A stretch of DNA of 56,640 nucleotides from a bacterium (GCA_018672055.1 JABHGM010000001.1:890093-946732), one strand, 5' to 3'; shown: positions 12,455-22,524, counted from the first letter of the stretch. Program-made: numbers and translations. Notes: generated by a model not told the origin, from the letters alone.

Positions 12455-13363
12455 TTAATGTTCTTCAGAGCTAGCAATAGTAAAATATACTAAAGTTAGC
12501 ATAGCAAATATCAAAGCCTGAATTATTCCAACTATTACTTCTAAAAACATAAAAGGAATAGGTAGAATAAATGCAAAAATGGTAGCCATGGCTCCAAGCA
12601 ATACTTCCCCTGCAAAAATATTACCGAATAACCTAAATGATAGTGAGGCTACTTTAGCAATTTCTCCAATTATTTCAATAATACCAACAAAAGCTTTAAT
12701 TGGGTTAACTATTATAATAGAGGGGTCTTTCTTAAACTTTTTAGGAATTTCTAAAAATGCTTTAATATTTACAAACTTATTAAAATACTTCCAACCTCCT
12801 ACCATTATTATACCAAATATATTAGTAGCAATTACAGTAAATAGAGCTAAAGCTAAAGTAGTATTTAAATCAGCAGTACCACCTCTAAAAAAAGGTACAA
12901 ATGTTTCATGTCCATTGTGAAGTTCTATAAAACCAATTGAACCAATACCTGGTACTAAGCCTAACCAATTATTAATAAGGATAAACATGAATATAGAAAA
13001 AACAATAGGAAATACTTTCTTAGTTTTATCACGAGATCCTGTAACTGAATCAGCTAAATTATATGCACCTTCTAAAATAACTTCAAAATAATTCTGAATA
13101 CCTTGTGGTATACGTTTTATCTTTTTACTAATTACAGTAGCTAAAACAACAATAATCAAAACTGCTATCCATGAATTAAGAAGCGCATTAGTAACAGTAA
13201 AATTTCCTAAATTAAAAACCGGCTCTGCAAATAAAGTCGGCTCATGTGAGATTTGTTCAGTTGTTTCATGTTGTTCTATTTCATTATGTGACTCAACATT
13301 TACTAAAACCTCCTGATTAATATCAGTTATTTCATTATCGTATTGTTCTACTGTTTGACTCAT
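12455..13363 (-). CDS. atpB: Fo ATP synthase subunit a
   Basis: 302 aa and polytopic. It carries the essential-arginine motif LSFRLFGNIFAGEVLL. Confidence 0.9.
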   Translation of the reverse strand: MSQTVEQYDNEITDINQEVLVNVESHNEIEQHETTEQISHEPTLFAEPVFNLGNFTVTNALLNSWIAVLIIVVLATVISKKIKRIPQGIQNYFEVILEGAYNLADSVTGSRDKTKKVFPIVFSIFMFILINNWLGLVPGIGSIGFIELHNGHETFVPFFRGGTADLNTTLALALFTVIATNIFGIIMVGGWKYFNKFVNIKAFLEIPKKFKKDPSIIIVNPIKAFVGIIEIIGEIAKVASLSFRLFGNIFAGEVLLGAMATIFAFILPIPFMFLEVIVGIIQALIFAMLTLVYFTIASSEEH

Positions 13364-13634
13364 TATTTTGATTTCTATCTTTTTCTTTAAGTTCTCTTTC
13401 TATTTTATTAGTATAGTCTATAGCTATTCTTACTATCCCCCAACAGGAAATAGTAAAGGCTATAGCTGTTAAACCTAGAAAAATCCAAGGCTCGGAATTA
13501 TACTTCTCATCCAGATATTTACCTAGATATAAAGCAATTATTATAGGACCTGCAATATATCCAGTTACTTGAGTAAATATAGCAATTGCAGGTTGCCACC
13601 ATGCATTATTCTGCTGATTATCTAAGTTATTCAT
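13335..13634 (-). CDS. AtpZ/AtpI-like small membrane protein at the head of the atp operon
   Basis: 99 aa with two TM helices. LGKYLDEKYNSEPWIFLGLTAIAF resembles the ATPase_gene1 (AtpZ/AtpI) family. It overlaps the atpB start by 29 nt. Confidence 0.6.
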   Translation of the reverse strand: MNNLDNQQNNAWWQPAIAIFTQVTGYIAGPIIIALYLGKYLDEKYNSEPWIFLGLTAIAFTISCWGIVRIAIDYTNKIERELKEKDRNQNNESNSRTIR

Positions 13635-13684
13635 ATAACTTATATTATACCCTAAAATTAAGTAAATCTGAATTTTTCGCCATA

Positions 13685-13713
13685 ATTATACATGAAATAA
13701 GCGAATAAATCAA
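13685..13713 (-). promoter_or_regulatory. Candidate atp operon promoter
   Basis: Minus strand: TTGATT (13708-13713), 17 nt, TATAAT (13685-13690). It lies directly downstream of the orf92 terminator. Confidence 0.4.
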
Positions 13714-13763
13714 GGGTTTTTAGTTTTTTTTATCCCCAAAAATACATATTTGGCTAATATTAG

Positions 13764-13790
13764 ATAAAAAAAGGCTCTATAAAGAACCTT
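13764..13790 (-). terminator. Rho-independent terminator ending the phd-relE-rmuC-orf92 unit
   Basis: Minus strand: aaggttct-ttat-agagcctt followed by tttttt. The single non-Watson-Crick pair is G-U on the minus strand but C-A on the plus strand, which supports minus-strand function. The orf92 stop codon lies in the loop. Confidence 0.5.
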
Positions 13791-14055
13791 TTAATTTAAT
13801 TTGAAGAAAACTTAATTTATGTTTTACAACACTATCTTCTTTAGCTTCTAAATAATGTTCTGAGCTTTTGGTATTAGGGTTTTTCTGCCCAGCTATAGCT
13901 TGAATAGCCTCATGTCTAGTCAACCATGCCATGAATACCTGTTTCCTGCTTTTAATCTTACTTGTGATCTTCTTAGTATCTATTCCTATTGTTAGAAAAT
14001 TCTCTCCACCATGTTTTTTATTAGATGATTTTGCATAAGATATCTTTTTTGACAT
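13777..14055 (-). CDS. Hypothetical basic 92-aa protein
   Basis: ORF preceded by a strong SD (GGAGGGAC, about 6 nt upstream of the ATG). It starts 21 nt downstream of rmuC. I recognise no family. Confidence 0.5.
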   Translation of the reverse strand: MSKKISYAKSSNKKHGGENFLTIGIDTKKITSKIKSRKQVFMAWLTRHEAIQAIAGQKNPNTKSSEHYLEAKEDSVVKHKLSFLQIKLKGSL

Positions 14056-14076
14056 CCTGTCCCTCCTTTTTATGTA

Positions 14077-15108
14077 TTATTCATTTTTTGGTTTATCAAT
14101 TATTTCAGGTTCAATCTTAGATTCAGCACCTGTTATTTTAACTACATCTTTATCAATTTTTTTAAATTCTTTATACGCTGTATTATATGTATTTACTGTA
14201 GTACCTAAATGTCCGCCTAGCTTTCTTAAAAATTCATCATAATTTACTATATGCTTACTTAACTTCTCTACTCTTTCCATTATCTCTTTGGCTGACTCTT
14301 CTATTTGTAAAGCACGAAGCCCTTGTAAAACAGTTTGTAAGTAAGCCAGGAATGATGTAGGTGAAACTATAATAACATGTTTATCTTTAAAAGCATATTC
14401 AATTAAATCACGAGTTGTAACTTTAACTGCACCAACCTTGTTAACCAGTAAATCATAATATATTGCTTCTGATGGTATAAACATAAAAGCAAAGTCCATA
14501 GTTTTCTCGCCAGGTCTTACATATTTAGAAGTTTCATCTATTCTATTTTTTAAATCTAATTTAAATTGCTTTTCTAATTTTAATCTCTCTTCCTTATTAT
14601 TCTCATTTAATATACGTTCATAATTTTCTAAAGAAAATTTTGAATCAACTGGTATTATTTTATCCTTAACAAATACTACAGCATCAACAATATCTCCATT
14701 TTTAAACTTATATTGCATTTGATACGCATTAGGTGGTAATACATTTTTTAAAGTTTCTTCTAGAAAGTACTCGCCTAATACTCCACGCTGTTTAGGATTT
14801 TTTAAAATATCTTGTAAATTCTTTAATTGATCAGAGAAATTTAATACTTGCTTATTTGTTTCATCAAGCTTAGTTAATTTTTCAGTAACATCTCTTACTA
14901 TCTTAGTAGATTCAGAAAGTTGTCCTTGCATCATTTTATTTGAATCACCTAACTTTTGATCTAACGATCTACTAATTTCTGAAATTTGATTTTGAAGCAT
15001 TACTAAAGATTGATCATCTTTATTACTGCCTTTTTTATTCAAAAACCAAAAAATAGTAGCAAAGCCAATTACCACGACAATTAATAGTATTATTGAAAAT
15101 ATATCCAT
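14077..15108 (-). CDS. rmuC: DNA recombination protein RmuC (membrane anchor + coiled coil + nuclease-like domain)
   Basis: 343 aa with an N-terminal TM helix and a coiled coil. RGVLGEYFLEETLKNVLP..DAVVFVKDKIIPVDSKFSLENY and MFIPSEAIYY are typical of the RmuC family. Confidence 0.85.
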   Translation of the reverse strand: MDIFSIILLIVVVIGFATIFWFLNKKGSNKDDQSLVMLQNQISEISRSLDQKLGDSNKMMQGQLSESTKIVRDVTEKLTKLDETNKQVLNFSDQLKNLQDILKNPKQRGVLGEYFLEETLKNVLPPNAYQMQYKFKNGDIVDAVVFVKDKIIPVDSKFSLENYERILNENNKEERLKLEKQFKLDLKNRIDETSKYVRPGEKTMDFAFMFIPSEAIYYDLLVNKVGAVKVTTRDLIEYAFKDKHVIIVSPTSFLAYLQTVLQGLRALQIEESAKEIMERVEKLSKHIVNYDEFLRKLGGHLGTTVNTYNTAYKEFKKIDKDVVKITGAESKIEPEIIDKPKNE

Positions 15109-15111
15109 TAT

Positions 15112-15351
15112 TTAGAAATTATATGTTTTATCATTTCTTCTCCCAAGTGTTACCAAACTAATATCATCATCTAAAATTCTAATTATAACTCTTATTTTAC
15201 CTTTCTTTATTCTGTAAATGTCATTATAGCCTCTTAGCTTCTTTACGTCCAAATCAGTCAGATCCTCATTTTCGATTTTAGACATTATATTAATAGCTAT
15301 ATTTCTCTCAATAATAGATAACTTTTTCAAAGCTTTTGTTATCTTATCCAT
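15112..15351 (-). CDS. RelE/ParE-family type II toxin
   Basis: 79 aa. LRGYNDIYRIKKGKIRVIIRILDDDISLVTLGRRNDKTY matches the L.G....yR.r.G.yRiiy.i.d....i..i.hR...Y pattern. Its start lies 2 nt after the antitoxin stop. Confidence 0.65.
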   Translation of the reverse strand: MDKITKALKKLSIIERNIAINIMSKIENEDLTDLDVKKLRGYNDIYRIKKGKIRVIIRILDDDISLVTLGRRNDKTYNF

Positions 15352-15353
15352 AA

Positions 15354-15584
15354 TTATAGCTTTTTCAACTTTTCTAAAACTTCACTAACACTAACCCCGC
15401 CTTTTTTGATTTTAGTAAAGTCTATTACCTCTTCCCAGTCCCCTTCATCTTCAAAATCTAATGGCACTATTTTAAAGACAGGACTAGATTTTTTTACAAC
15501 AACAAACTCTTCACCTTTTTTAATCTTTCGAATATAATTCTCCATATTTTGTCTCAAATCCTTAAGACCTATAATATTTTCCAT
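15354..15584 (-). CDS. Phd/YefM-type antitoxin
   Basis: 76 aa. The N-terminus GLKDLRQNMENYIRKIKKGEEFVVVKKSSPVFKIVPL fits the Phd/YefM fold pattern, followed by an acidic tail. It lies upstream of the toxin. Confidence 0.6.
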   Translation of the reverse strand: MENIIGLKDLRQNMENYIRKIKKGEEFVVVKKSSPVFKIVPLDFEDEGDWEEVIDFTKIKKGGVSVSEVLEKLKKL

Positions 15585-15612
15585 ATTTTTACAAATAATT
15601 AATTATATTATA

Positions 15613-15641
15613 AGTTTACCTTAAGTTTAACTTAAAGTCAA
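15613..15641 (-). promoter_or_regulatory. Candidate toxin-antitoxin promoter with a palindromic operator in the spacer
   Basis: Minus strand: TTGACT (15636-15641), 17 nt, TAAACT (15613-15618). The perfect 7-1-7 palindrome TTAAGTTtAACTTAA (15621-15635) fills the spacer, as expected for TA autoregulation. Confidence 0.45.
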
Positions 15642-15645
15642 CTTA

Positions 15646-16455
15646 TTAATCTAATCTAAACAGATTTTTAGCATTTTGCCAAGTCTGCTCTATTACTTCG
15701 TCCTTTGAAATGCCTCTTAACTCAGCAATTTTTTCTGCCACATGCTCCACATATATTGATTCATTTCTCTCGCCTCTATGTGGTTCTGGGGTTAAATAAG
15801 GGCTATCTGTTTCTATAAGTATCTTATCTAAAGGTATTAACTTAGCTATTTCTTGTAATTCTTCCACATTCTTTTTAAATGTAACTGGACCATCAATACC
15901 TATATAATAACCTGCTTCTGTAATCTTTTTACCTATTTCTAAGCTTCCGCTATAGAAATGAAAAACAGCTCTCTTAATTCCTTTTTCTTTTACTATATCT
16001 AACATCTCTGAATACACTTCCCTGCCTTCAATACCATTCCTGCCATGCAATATAACAGCTAGATCATTTTCTAAAGCTAAATCTAAATGTTTTAAAAATA
16101 CTTCTTTTTGTTTAGCTATTATTTCATCTTGAGGCTTATCCTTAAAATTATCTCGCTTTAAAGTAATATGATAAAAATCATAACCTGTTTCACCCACAGC
16201 TACTACCCTATCATCTATTAAAGCTTGATAATCTTTAATTTCAAAATCTTCATCATACACATGTATTGGATGAAGACCAACTGAAGCATAAAAATTATTA
16301 TAATCATCACATAATTCTATAGCTGTTCTACTTGTTTGAAACTGGGCTCCAACATTAATAACAGCCATGCCTTTTTCCTGACATCTAGCTATAACCTGAT
16401 CTCTGTCTTTATCATAAGCTTTAAAATTTAAATGAGAGTGAGTATCTATTAACAT
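15646..16455 (-). CDS. tatD: TatD-family metal-dependent hydrolase/DNase
   Basis: 269 aa. MLIDTHSHLNF, GETGYDF, ILHGR and LIETDSPYLTP are TatD motifs. Confidence 0.9.
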   Translation of the reverse strand: MLIDTHSHLNFKAYDKDRDQVIARCQEKGMAVINVGAQFQTSRTAIELCDDYNNFYASVGLHPIHVYDEDFEIKDYQALIDDRVVAVGETGYDFYHITLKRDNFKDKPQDEIIAKQKEVFLKHLDLALENDLAVILHGRNGIEGREVYSEMLDIVKEKGIKRAVFHFYSGSLEIGKKITEAGYYIGIDGPVTFKKNVEELQEIAKLIPLDKILIETDSPYLTPEPHRGERNESIYVEHVAEKIAELRGISKDEVIEQTWQNAKNLFRLD

Positions 16456-16460
16456 TAGTT

Positions 16461-17048
16461 TTAATCAAAAAAATTAAGATCACCTGGTATTTCACCGAAT
16501 GGTATATCAGGAATTCCTGGTAAGTCATCTAAGCTTGGTAAACTAGATTTCCAATCTTTTAAATTATCAGGAATAAATGGATCACTTACTTTACCAACAG
16601 TTTCTAAAATAGGAGCAAATTTAGAATCACTTACCTTGTCACTTAACATATCAGTTATTGGAAAAAATGATGATACATAAACTATAATACCAATAAAGAT
16701 AAGACCTTCAATTAAACCAAATATTCCACCCAATAATCCATTTAAACTTTTAAGACCTGGTATAATAGCAATAATATTAAATATCTTATCTACTAACCAG
16801 AATATAAGAGCAATGCCTCTATTTACTAAAATAAAGACTAATAAGAAGCCAAGTATAGTAGCTAAGATCTCAGAATCAAATAAAAGTCCTTGCAGCATAT
16901 CACCTGCTTCTTCATAATAAAGGCCTGCTAAATATACGCCTACAAATAAACCAATAATACCACCGATTACTTCAATAAGACCTAGTCTTACGCCTTTCCA
17001 AATAAAACCAGCTAAGACTACTAAAATTATAATGTCGATTAATGTCAT
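16461..17048 (-). CDS. cvpA: CvpA-family membrane protein
   Basis: 195 aa. The N-terminus IDIIILVVLAGFIWKGVRLGLI and four TM helices are typical of the Colicin_V family. Confidence 0.7.
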   Translation of the reverse strand: MTLIDIIILVVLAGFIWKGVRLGLIEVIGGIIGLFVGVYLAGLYYEEAGDMLQGLLFDSEILATILGFLLVFILVNRGIALIFWLVDKIFNIIAIIPGLKSLNGLLGGIFGLIEGLIFIGIIVYVSSFFPITDMLSDKVSDSKFAPILETVGKVSDPFIPDNLKDWKSSLPSLDDLPGIPDIPFGEIPGDLNFFD

Positions 17049-17063
17049 ATTTTTATATGTTAA

Positions 17064-18512
17064 TTATATTCTTTGAAATAATGCCTCTTTAGGTTTCTCT
17101 ATTTTACCAGCTTTGAATATTTTTTCAATTTTATCTGCTGTTTCTGGCATAAATGGCTTTAAATGCTTGGCGATAAATAATAAATTAGAAGCCAACTCAC
17201 TTAATACATCATAAGCCTTTTTCTCTTCACTCTTTACTAATTCCCAAACTTTTTCTTTATCAATCAACTGATTACTTTCTGCTACTAATTTATTAATTTC
17301 TTTTAAAGCTTCATTAAATTTATATTTCTCAATATTCTCAGAAATGTTTGTTTTAATATTTATTTCCTTTAACTCTGTCTTACCACTAAAATTCTTTTCA
17401 ATTAAATTACTTACTCTAGCAACTAGATTACCTAAACCATTAGCAAGGTCTGCATTATACTTCTCATCAAATAATTCTACTTTAATATCAGATTCTAAAC
17501 CAAAAGAGAACTGTGCTAACAACAAGTAACGTGTAGCATCAGTGCCATATCTAGTAACTAACTCTGCAGGAGATATAACATTGCCTACAGACTTAGACAT
17601 TTTTTTACCATCTATAGTAAAAAATCCATGTATAAATTCACGTTTAGGAAGTTCTAAGCCCAGAGCCATTAAAATAGCAGGCCAATAGAAAGCATGAAAT
17701 TTTAAAATATCCTGTGCCATTAAATGTAAATCAGCAGGCCACCATTTATTAAAATTATCTAAATCATCTGGGTAACCAAGAGCTGTAATATAGTTAGAAA
17801 GCGCATCTACCCAAACATATGATTTTTGTTCACTATCAAATGGTAATTCAATACCCCATTTAACAGACTCACGTGAAATACTAAAATCCCCTACTCCTTG
17901 CTTAATAAGACCTAATGTTTCATTTTTACGTGACTCAGGTAATATTTCAAATTCACCTGATAATATCTTAGCTTCTAAATCTTTAATATAATCGGATAAT
18001 CTAAAAAACCAATTCTTTTCCTTAACTATTTCTGGCTCTTTTTGATGATCAGGACACATACCATCTTCTAAATCTCTTTCAGTTAAAAACTTTTCGCAAC
18101 CTGTACAATATAATCCTTCATATTCATCTTGATAAATAACATCATTACCTTTAGGGGTTTTAGCATTTTTTAGTTTAGTAAAAATTTCTTTAACACGTTT
18201 CTCATGATCTTTATCTGTAGTACGTATAAAATAATCATTAGATATATTTAAAAGACTCCATGCTTCTTTATATTCAGCAGAAATCTCATCACAAAATTCT
18301 TGAGGACTTAAGTTTTTAGCTTCAGCAGATTGCGCTACCTTATCACCATGTTCATCAGTACCCGTTAAAAAAAATACGTTTTCTTTACCTAGCTTAATTC
18401 TAAAATATCTAGCTAATGTGTCAGCTACAATAGTAGTATACGAATGACCAATGTGTGGTACATCATTTACATAGTATATGGGAGTTGTAATATAATATTT
18501 ATCTATTGACAT
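17064..18512 (-). CDS. metG: Methionine--tRNA ligase, short form without a C-terminal tRNA-binding domain
   Basis: HIGH-type PHIGH, KMSKS, and a zinc knuckle CTGCEKF..CPDH. I place the start at ATG 18510-18512 (MSIDKYYITTPIYY). The track's start at 18524 is a TTG that overlaps rsmI. Confidence 0.93.
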   Translation of the reverse strand: MSIDKYYITTPIYYVNDVPHIGHSYTTIVADTLARYFRIKLGKENVFFLTGTDEHGDKVAQSAEAKNLSPQEFCDEISAEYKEAWSLLNISNDYFIRTTDKDHEKRVKEIFTKLKNAKTPKGNDVIYQDEYEGLYCTGCEKFLTERDLEDGMCPDHQKEPEIVKEKNWFFRLSDYIKDLEAKILSGEFEILPESRKNETLGLIKQGVGDFSISRESVKWGIELPFDSEQKSYVWVDALSNYITALGYPDDLDNFNKWWPADLHLMAQDILKFHAFYWPAILMALGLELPKREFIHGFFTIDGKKMSKSVGNVISPAELVTRYGTDATRYLLLAQFSFGLESDIKVELFDEKYNADLANGLGNLVARVSNLIEKNFSGKTELKEINIKTNISENIEKYKFNEALKEINKLVAESNQLIDKEKVWELVKSEEKKAYDVLSELASNLLFIAKHLKPFMPETADKIEKIFKAGKIEKPKEALFQRI

Positions 18513-18513
18513 T

Positions 18514-19167
18514 TTATTTATCAATTATCACTACAAATTCACCTTTTACTTTATCTTCATTTAACTTAATAATCACTTCAGATACCTTACCCCTATATAT
18601 AGTTTCAAACTTTTTGGTAAGTTCCCTACCTAGTATTATATATCTATCTTGATCTAACGAATCAAGTAACTTATTTATCCTATGAACTGATTCATATAAT
18701 ATAACAGGTATTTTACTTTCGTTAATCTCATTTAATAAGGTAGCTCTACCTTTTTTATGTGGCAAAAAACCTAAAAATAGAAACTTATCTAAATATATTC
18801 CAGCCACAGAAATTAAAGTAGCTAAAGCGCTTACTCCAGGCACAGCTTCAACTTGATGATTATTTTCAATAACAATTTTTACTAATTTATTACCTGGATC
18901 AGATATACCTGGTGTACCAGCGTCAGTAACTAAAGCTAGAGTATTTCCTTCATTTAATCTATCTAAAACTTTATTCTCTTTTAATTTACCAGAATGAGCA
19001 TGGTATGAAAGAGTCTTAGTTTTAATTTCATAATGATTTAATAACTTCTGAGTTACTCTAGTATCTTCACATAATATTAAATCTACTTCTTTTAAAGTTT
19101 CAAGTGCTCTTAAAGTAATATCTGCTAGATTACCAATCGGTGTTGCTACAATATATAGTTTAGACAT
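18514..19167 (-). CDS. rsmI: 16S rRNA (cytidine1402-2'-O)-methyltransferase
   Basis: 217 aa. LYIVATPIGNLADITLRALETLKEVDLILCEDTR and TDAGTPGISDPG are RsmI-family hallmarks. Confidence 0.9.
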   Translation of the reverse strand: MSKLYIVATPIGNLADITLRALETLKEVDLILCEDTRVTQKLLNHYEIKTKTLSYHAHSGKLKENKVLDRLNEGNTLALVTDAGTPGISDPGNKLVKIVIENNHQVEAVPGVSALATLISVAGIYLDKFLFLGFLPHKKGRATLLNEINESKIPVILYESVHRINKLLDSLDQDRYIILGRELTKKFETIYRGKVSEVIIKLNEDKVKGEFVVIIDK

Positions 19168-20222
19168 TATTTAGCAAGTTTAACTTCTTTTTCAATTCTC
19201 TTCTCAAAGAAATCACTTAAAAATACTGATATAGCAGTAGCTACAGGCACAGCAAGTAACACACCAATAAATCCACCAATTTTAGCACCTACTAAGAAAG
19301 CTACAATAACAATCAAAGGATTTAAACCAACAGACTTACTCATTACTTTAGGAACAATAACATGATTTTCTAATTGTTGAATCAAAACATATAAAGCAAT
19401 TACTAGCAAACCCAGTACAGGTGATTGAGTAAAACCAAAGAAAGCAGCTGGTATAGCAGCTAGTGTTGGCCCTAAGAATGGAATAATTTCAAATACACCA
19501 GCAACAAAAGCAAGCAGTAAAGCATATTCAACTCCAATGATAGATAAGCCAATAAAGACTAGCCCGAATATTATAAGTGAGAGTATCAGCTGACCTTTAA
19601 GCCATAAGCCTAATTTATGTTGTATTCTAGTAATTAATCTAAATAAGTAAGGATGCATTCTAGAAGGACTAACTGATTTTAAGAAGTTTTTTAAACCTTC
19701 CTCTTCTACTGTAAAATAAAAGGTAATAACTAATACTAAGAAAAATGAAATCACTCCACCAAAAATACTAAATATAGTATTAAATACCTTGGTAGTAGCA
19801 CCAGTTAAAGTAGCACTTAGAGTATCTAGACTATCTTGAAAAGAGGTCTCAGATCCTTGCTCTATAGCAACACCTTTAAAATAATCAATACTACTTTCTA
19901 TTCTTTCATAATAATTAGGTAAATTACTAGATAACTGCCCTACTTCTTGTGATATAGGTGGTACTAATAACCAAATAGCTGTACCAATTATAGATATTAA
20001 AATTAGATAAATAAAAATGATTGATAAACCACGAGGTATTCTCTTTTTCTGAAACCAGTCAACCCATGGATCAAAAGCAGAAGCTAAAATTAAAGCAACA
20101 AAAATTAAAACAATAACTTCTTTGATTAAATAAAGAAAAACTATTACTAAAAATATTAATAATAATTTTAAAAATGTTCCCATTGAAATGCTAACATTAT
20201 AATTTACGTTTTTTGTAGGCAT
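19167..20222 (-). CDS. AI-2E family (UPF0118/PerM-like) transporter
   Basis: 351 aa and polytopic. The C-terminal EIIPFLGPTLAAIPA..LIQQLENHVIVPKVM is typical of the family. Confidence 0.8.
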   Translation of the reverse strand: MPTKNVNYNVSISMGTFLKLLLIFLVIVFLYLIKEVIVLIFVALILASAFDPWVDWFQKKRIPRGLSIIFIYLILISIIGTAIWLLVPPISQEVGQLSSNLPNYYERIESSIDYFKGVAIEQGSETSFQDSLDTLSATLTGATTKVFNTIFSIFGGVISFFLVLVITFYFTVEEEGLKNFLKSVSPSRMHPYLFRLITRIQHKLGLWLKGQLILSLIIFGLVFIGLSIIGVEYALLLAFVAGVFEIIPFLGPTLAAIPAAFFGFTQSPVLGLLVIALYVLIQQLENHVIVPKVMSKSVGLNPLIVIVAFLVGAKIGGFIGVLLAVPVATAISVFLSDFFEKRIEKEVKLAK

Positions 20223-20233
20223 ATTTTTTTATT

Positions 20234-21502
20234 TTATTTTTTTAAATATTTAAAAAATATATTTTTATCTTTAAATGGTCCAATAACACTCAAATTTAAT
20301 TTATTTAAATTTATTATTTCTTTAGCTACACCTTGTATTTGATTAATTGTTACTTTATCAATTTTTTTAAGTTGCTCTTCTAAAGTATCAACTTTATTCT
20401 TAAACAATCTTTGAGTAGCTAAATATTGTATTAAATTAGAACTATCTTCTAACTTTAAAATTAATTTACCTCTTATAAAATCCTTAGCTCTAGTTAATTC
20501 ATCTGATGTTACTTTACTATCAACAACTTTTTTTAACTCATTATTTATTGTTGTAAGAGCTAATTCTATTTTACTTTTATCAAGCCCAGCAAAAACTACA
20601 AAAGCACCAATATCTTCATGAGCTTCTAAAGCAGTACGTATTGAATAAGCAAGTCCCCTTTTCTCACGAATCTCCATAAATAATCTAGAACTCATATTAC
20701 CACCTAAAATCATAGAAAGAAGTAATAATGGATATGTTTTAGGATCATTTATCTTATATGCAGGAAAACCTAATGCTACTTGTACTTGTTCAGTATTCTT
20801 ATATTTTAAATTTACTCTTAACTTATTTTGTTTAGAAACAAACTTATCTATTTTTAAATTATTTTTCTTTTTCTTAAACTCTTTAAAATATTTATTAGTT
20901 AACTTATTTACACGTTGTTTGTTAAATTTACCACCAACCCCAACTACTACATTACTGGAAATATAATATTTATTATAATAATTTAATATTTCTTTTCTAG
21001 TAATTTTTCTAATATTCTTCTTAGGTCCAGCAATATCACGTTCTAAAGAATGCCCTTTAAAAACTATTTTTTCAAATAAATTATCAATACTAAGTAAAGG
21101 ATTATCATCATACATATTAATCTCTTCAATAATAACTCCTCTTTCTTTATCAATCTCTTTACTCTTAAATGATGAATTAAGTAACATGTCAGATACAATA
21201 TCAAAAGCTAGTTCTATTTTATCAGCAGCTACTTTTACATAATAACCAGTTTGATCTTTGCCAGTAAATGCATTGTAATCAGCACCAACACCATCTAGTT
21301 CTTTAGTAATATCTAAGCTAGTTGGTCTTTTTTTAGTGCCTTTGAATAACAAGTGTTCAATAAAATGAGATATACCATTTATATCCTTCTCTTCATTACG
21401 AGAACCAACTTTAACTAATACTAAAACAGTAACTGATTTAGTGTCTTTTAAAGGTGCAGTTAATAATTTAATACCATTATTTAAGGTTTCTATTTTATAC
21501 AT
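20234..21502 (-). CDS. M16-family zinc peptidase (pitrilysin-like)
   Basis: 422 aa with the inverted zincin motif HFIEH (HxxEH), followed by LLFKGT..R. Confidence 0.85.
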   Translation of the reverse strand: MYKIETLNNGIKLLTAPLKDTKSVTVLVLVKVGSRNEEKDINGISHFIEHLLFKGTKKRPTSLDITKELDGVGADYNAFTGKDQTGYYVKVAADKIELAFDIVSDMLLNSSFKSKEIDKERGVIIEEINMYDDNPLLSIDNLFEKIVFKGHSLERDIAGPKKNIRKITRKEILNYYNKYYISSNVVVGVGGKFNKQRVNKLTNKYFKEFKKKKNNLKIDKFVSKQNKLRVNLKYKNTEQVQVALGFPAYKINDPKTYPLLLLSMILGGNMSSRLFMEIREKRGLAYSIRTALEAHEDIGAFVVFAGLDKSKIELALTTINNELKKVVDSKVTSDELTRAKDFIRGKLILKLEDSSNLIQYLATQRLFKNKVDTLEEQLKKIDKVTINQIQGVAKEIINLNKLNLSVIGPFKDKNIFFKYLKK

Positions 21503-21505
21503 TAA

Positions 21506-22486
21506 TTAATCACTAAGTTTAAAGCTGTTATAAAACTTTTCAAATGAATCATCTTCTACTGCCCCATTGGATATATGGAAAATATAATCTCCATATTCAA
21601 TTATAATACTTTCAAAATACCAATCAATCATTCTTGATGTGGTAACTATAACTCGAGTAGCAGACACTCCATTAATTATTAATTCATTTGTAACTACTTC
21701 CCTATCTGGACTAAATTGACTACCTAAGCTTGAAATTATATCTTGTTTAGTCCTTACGCTCTTATCATACGCTAAAACACCCCATTTGTAGTCACTCTGC
21801 ATGCTAGTAGGTCTAAAACCAGTTGCAAAGTCAGTTGTATTACCAAACTCCCAATCTTTAGGATAATCAATTGAATAATTATACGTTGTGTTTGTGTAAG
21901 TTAACCAATTAGTAGATTCAATCAATTCAAAAGTTTTAATTATTTGATTAACTATTTCAATATTATTATTGTTGGTAACCGTAATATATACATCACTAGT
22001 CTGCAGAGCTATATTCGGATCACAATAGCCTTGACAATTACTTTCAAATTGATTTCCATCTTCCCATGCTTGTACTACCATATCGTATGATTGCCCATTA
22101 CCACAATTTAATAAAAGAATTGTAGAATCTGGCCATCCATATATTGGGTTTCCATTCTCTTTTTCTACAATAGAATTACATTCATTATTATCATGGTCAA
22201 ATTCAAAACCATATTCTTCATTAGTATAAGTGATCATATCTTCTTCAATATCTTCAACTTCTAAAATAATCTCTTTTTCAAGATTAGGATCTACTCTATT
22301 GAATACCTTATACCAAGCAAAAGTAGCTCCACCAATAATAAAAACACCTACTAAAGTAACGATTAAAGTTGCCCAAAATCTATTTATCTTTGGAGATCTT
22401 TCTTCTAAAGGAAAATGTTCTAAGAATTCATTCTCTTCTTCAACATTTTCTTCATGATTTATAAAATCTTGTTTTTGATCTTCCAT
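21506..22486 (-). CDS. Membrane-anchored hypothetical protein: acidic N-terminus, one TM helix, extracytoplasmic domain
   Basis: 326-aa ORF with a TM segment FWATLIVTLVGVFIIGGATFAWY. I recognise no family. Confidence 0.5.
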   Translation of the reverse strand: MEDQKQDFINHEENVEEENEFLEHFPLEERSPKINRFWATLIVTLVGVFIIGGATFAWYKVFNRVDPNLEKEIILEVEDIEEDMITYTNEEYGFEFDHDNNECNSIVEKENGNPIYGWPDSTILLLNCGNGQSYDMVVQAWEDGNQFESNCQGYCDPNIALQTSDVYITVTNNNNIEIVNQIIKTFELIESTNWLTYTNTTYNYSIDYPKDWEFGNTTDFATGFRPTSMQSDYKWGVLAYDKSVRTKQDIISSLGSQFSPDREVVTNELIINGVSATRVIVTTSRMIDWYFESIIIEYGDYIFHISNGAVEDDSFEKFYNSFKLSD

Positions 22487-22524
22487 GGTTTTATGGATTA
22501 ATAATTATACTTAATCCGACGTAA

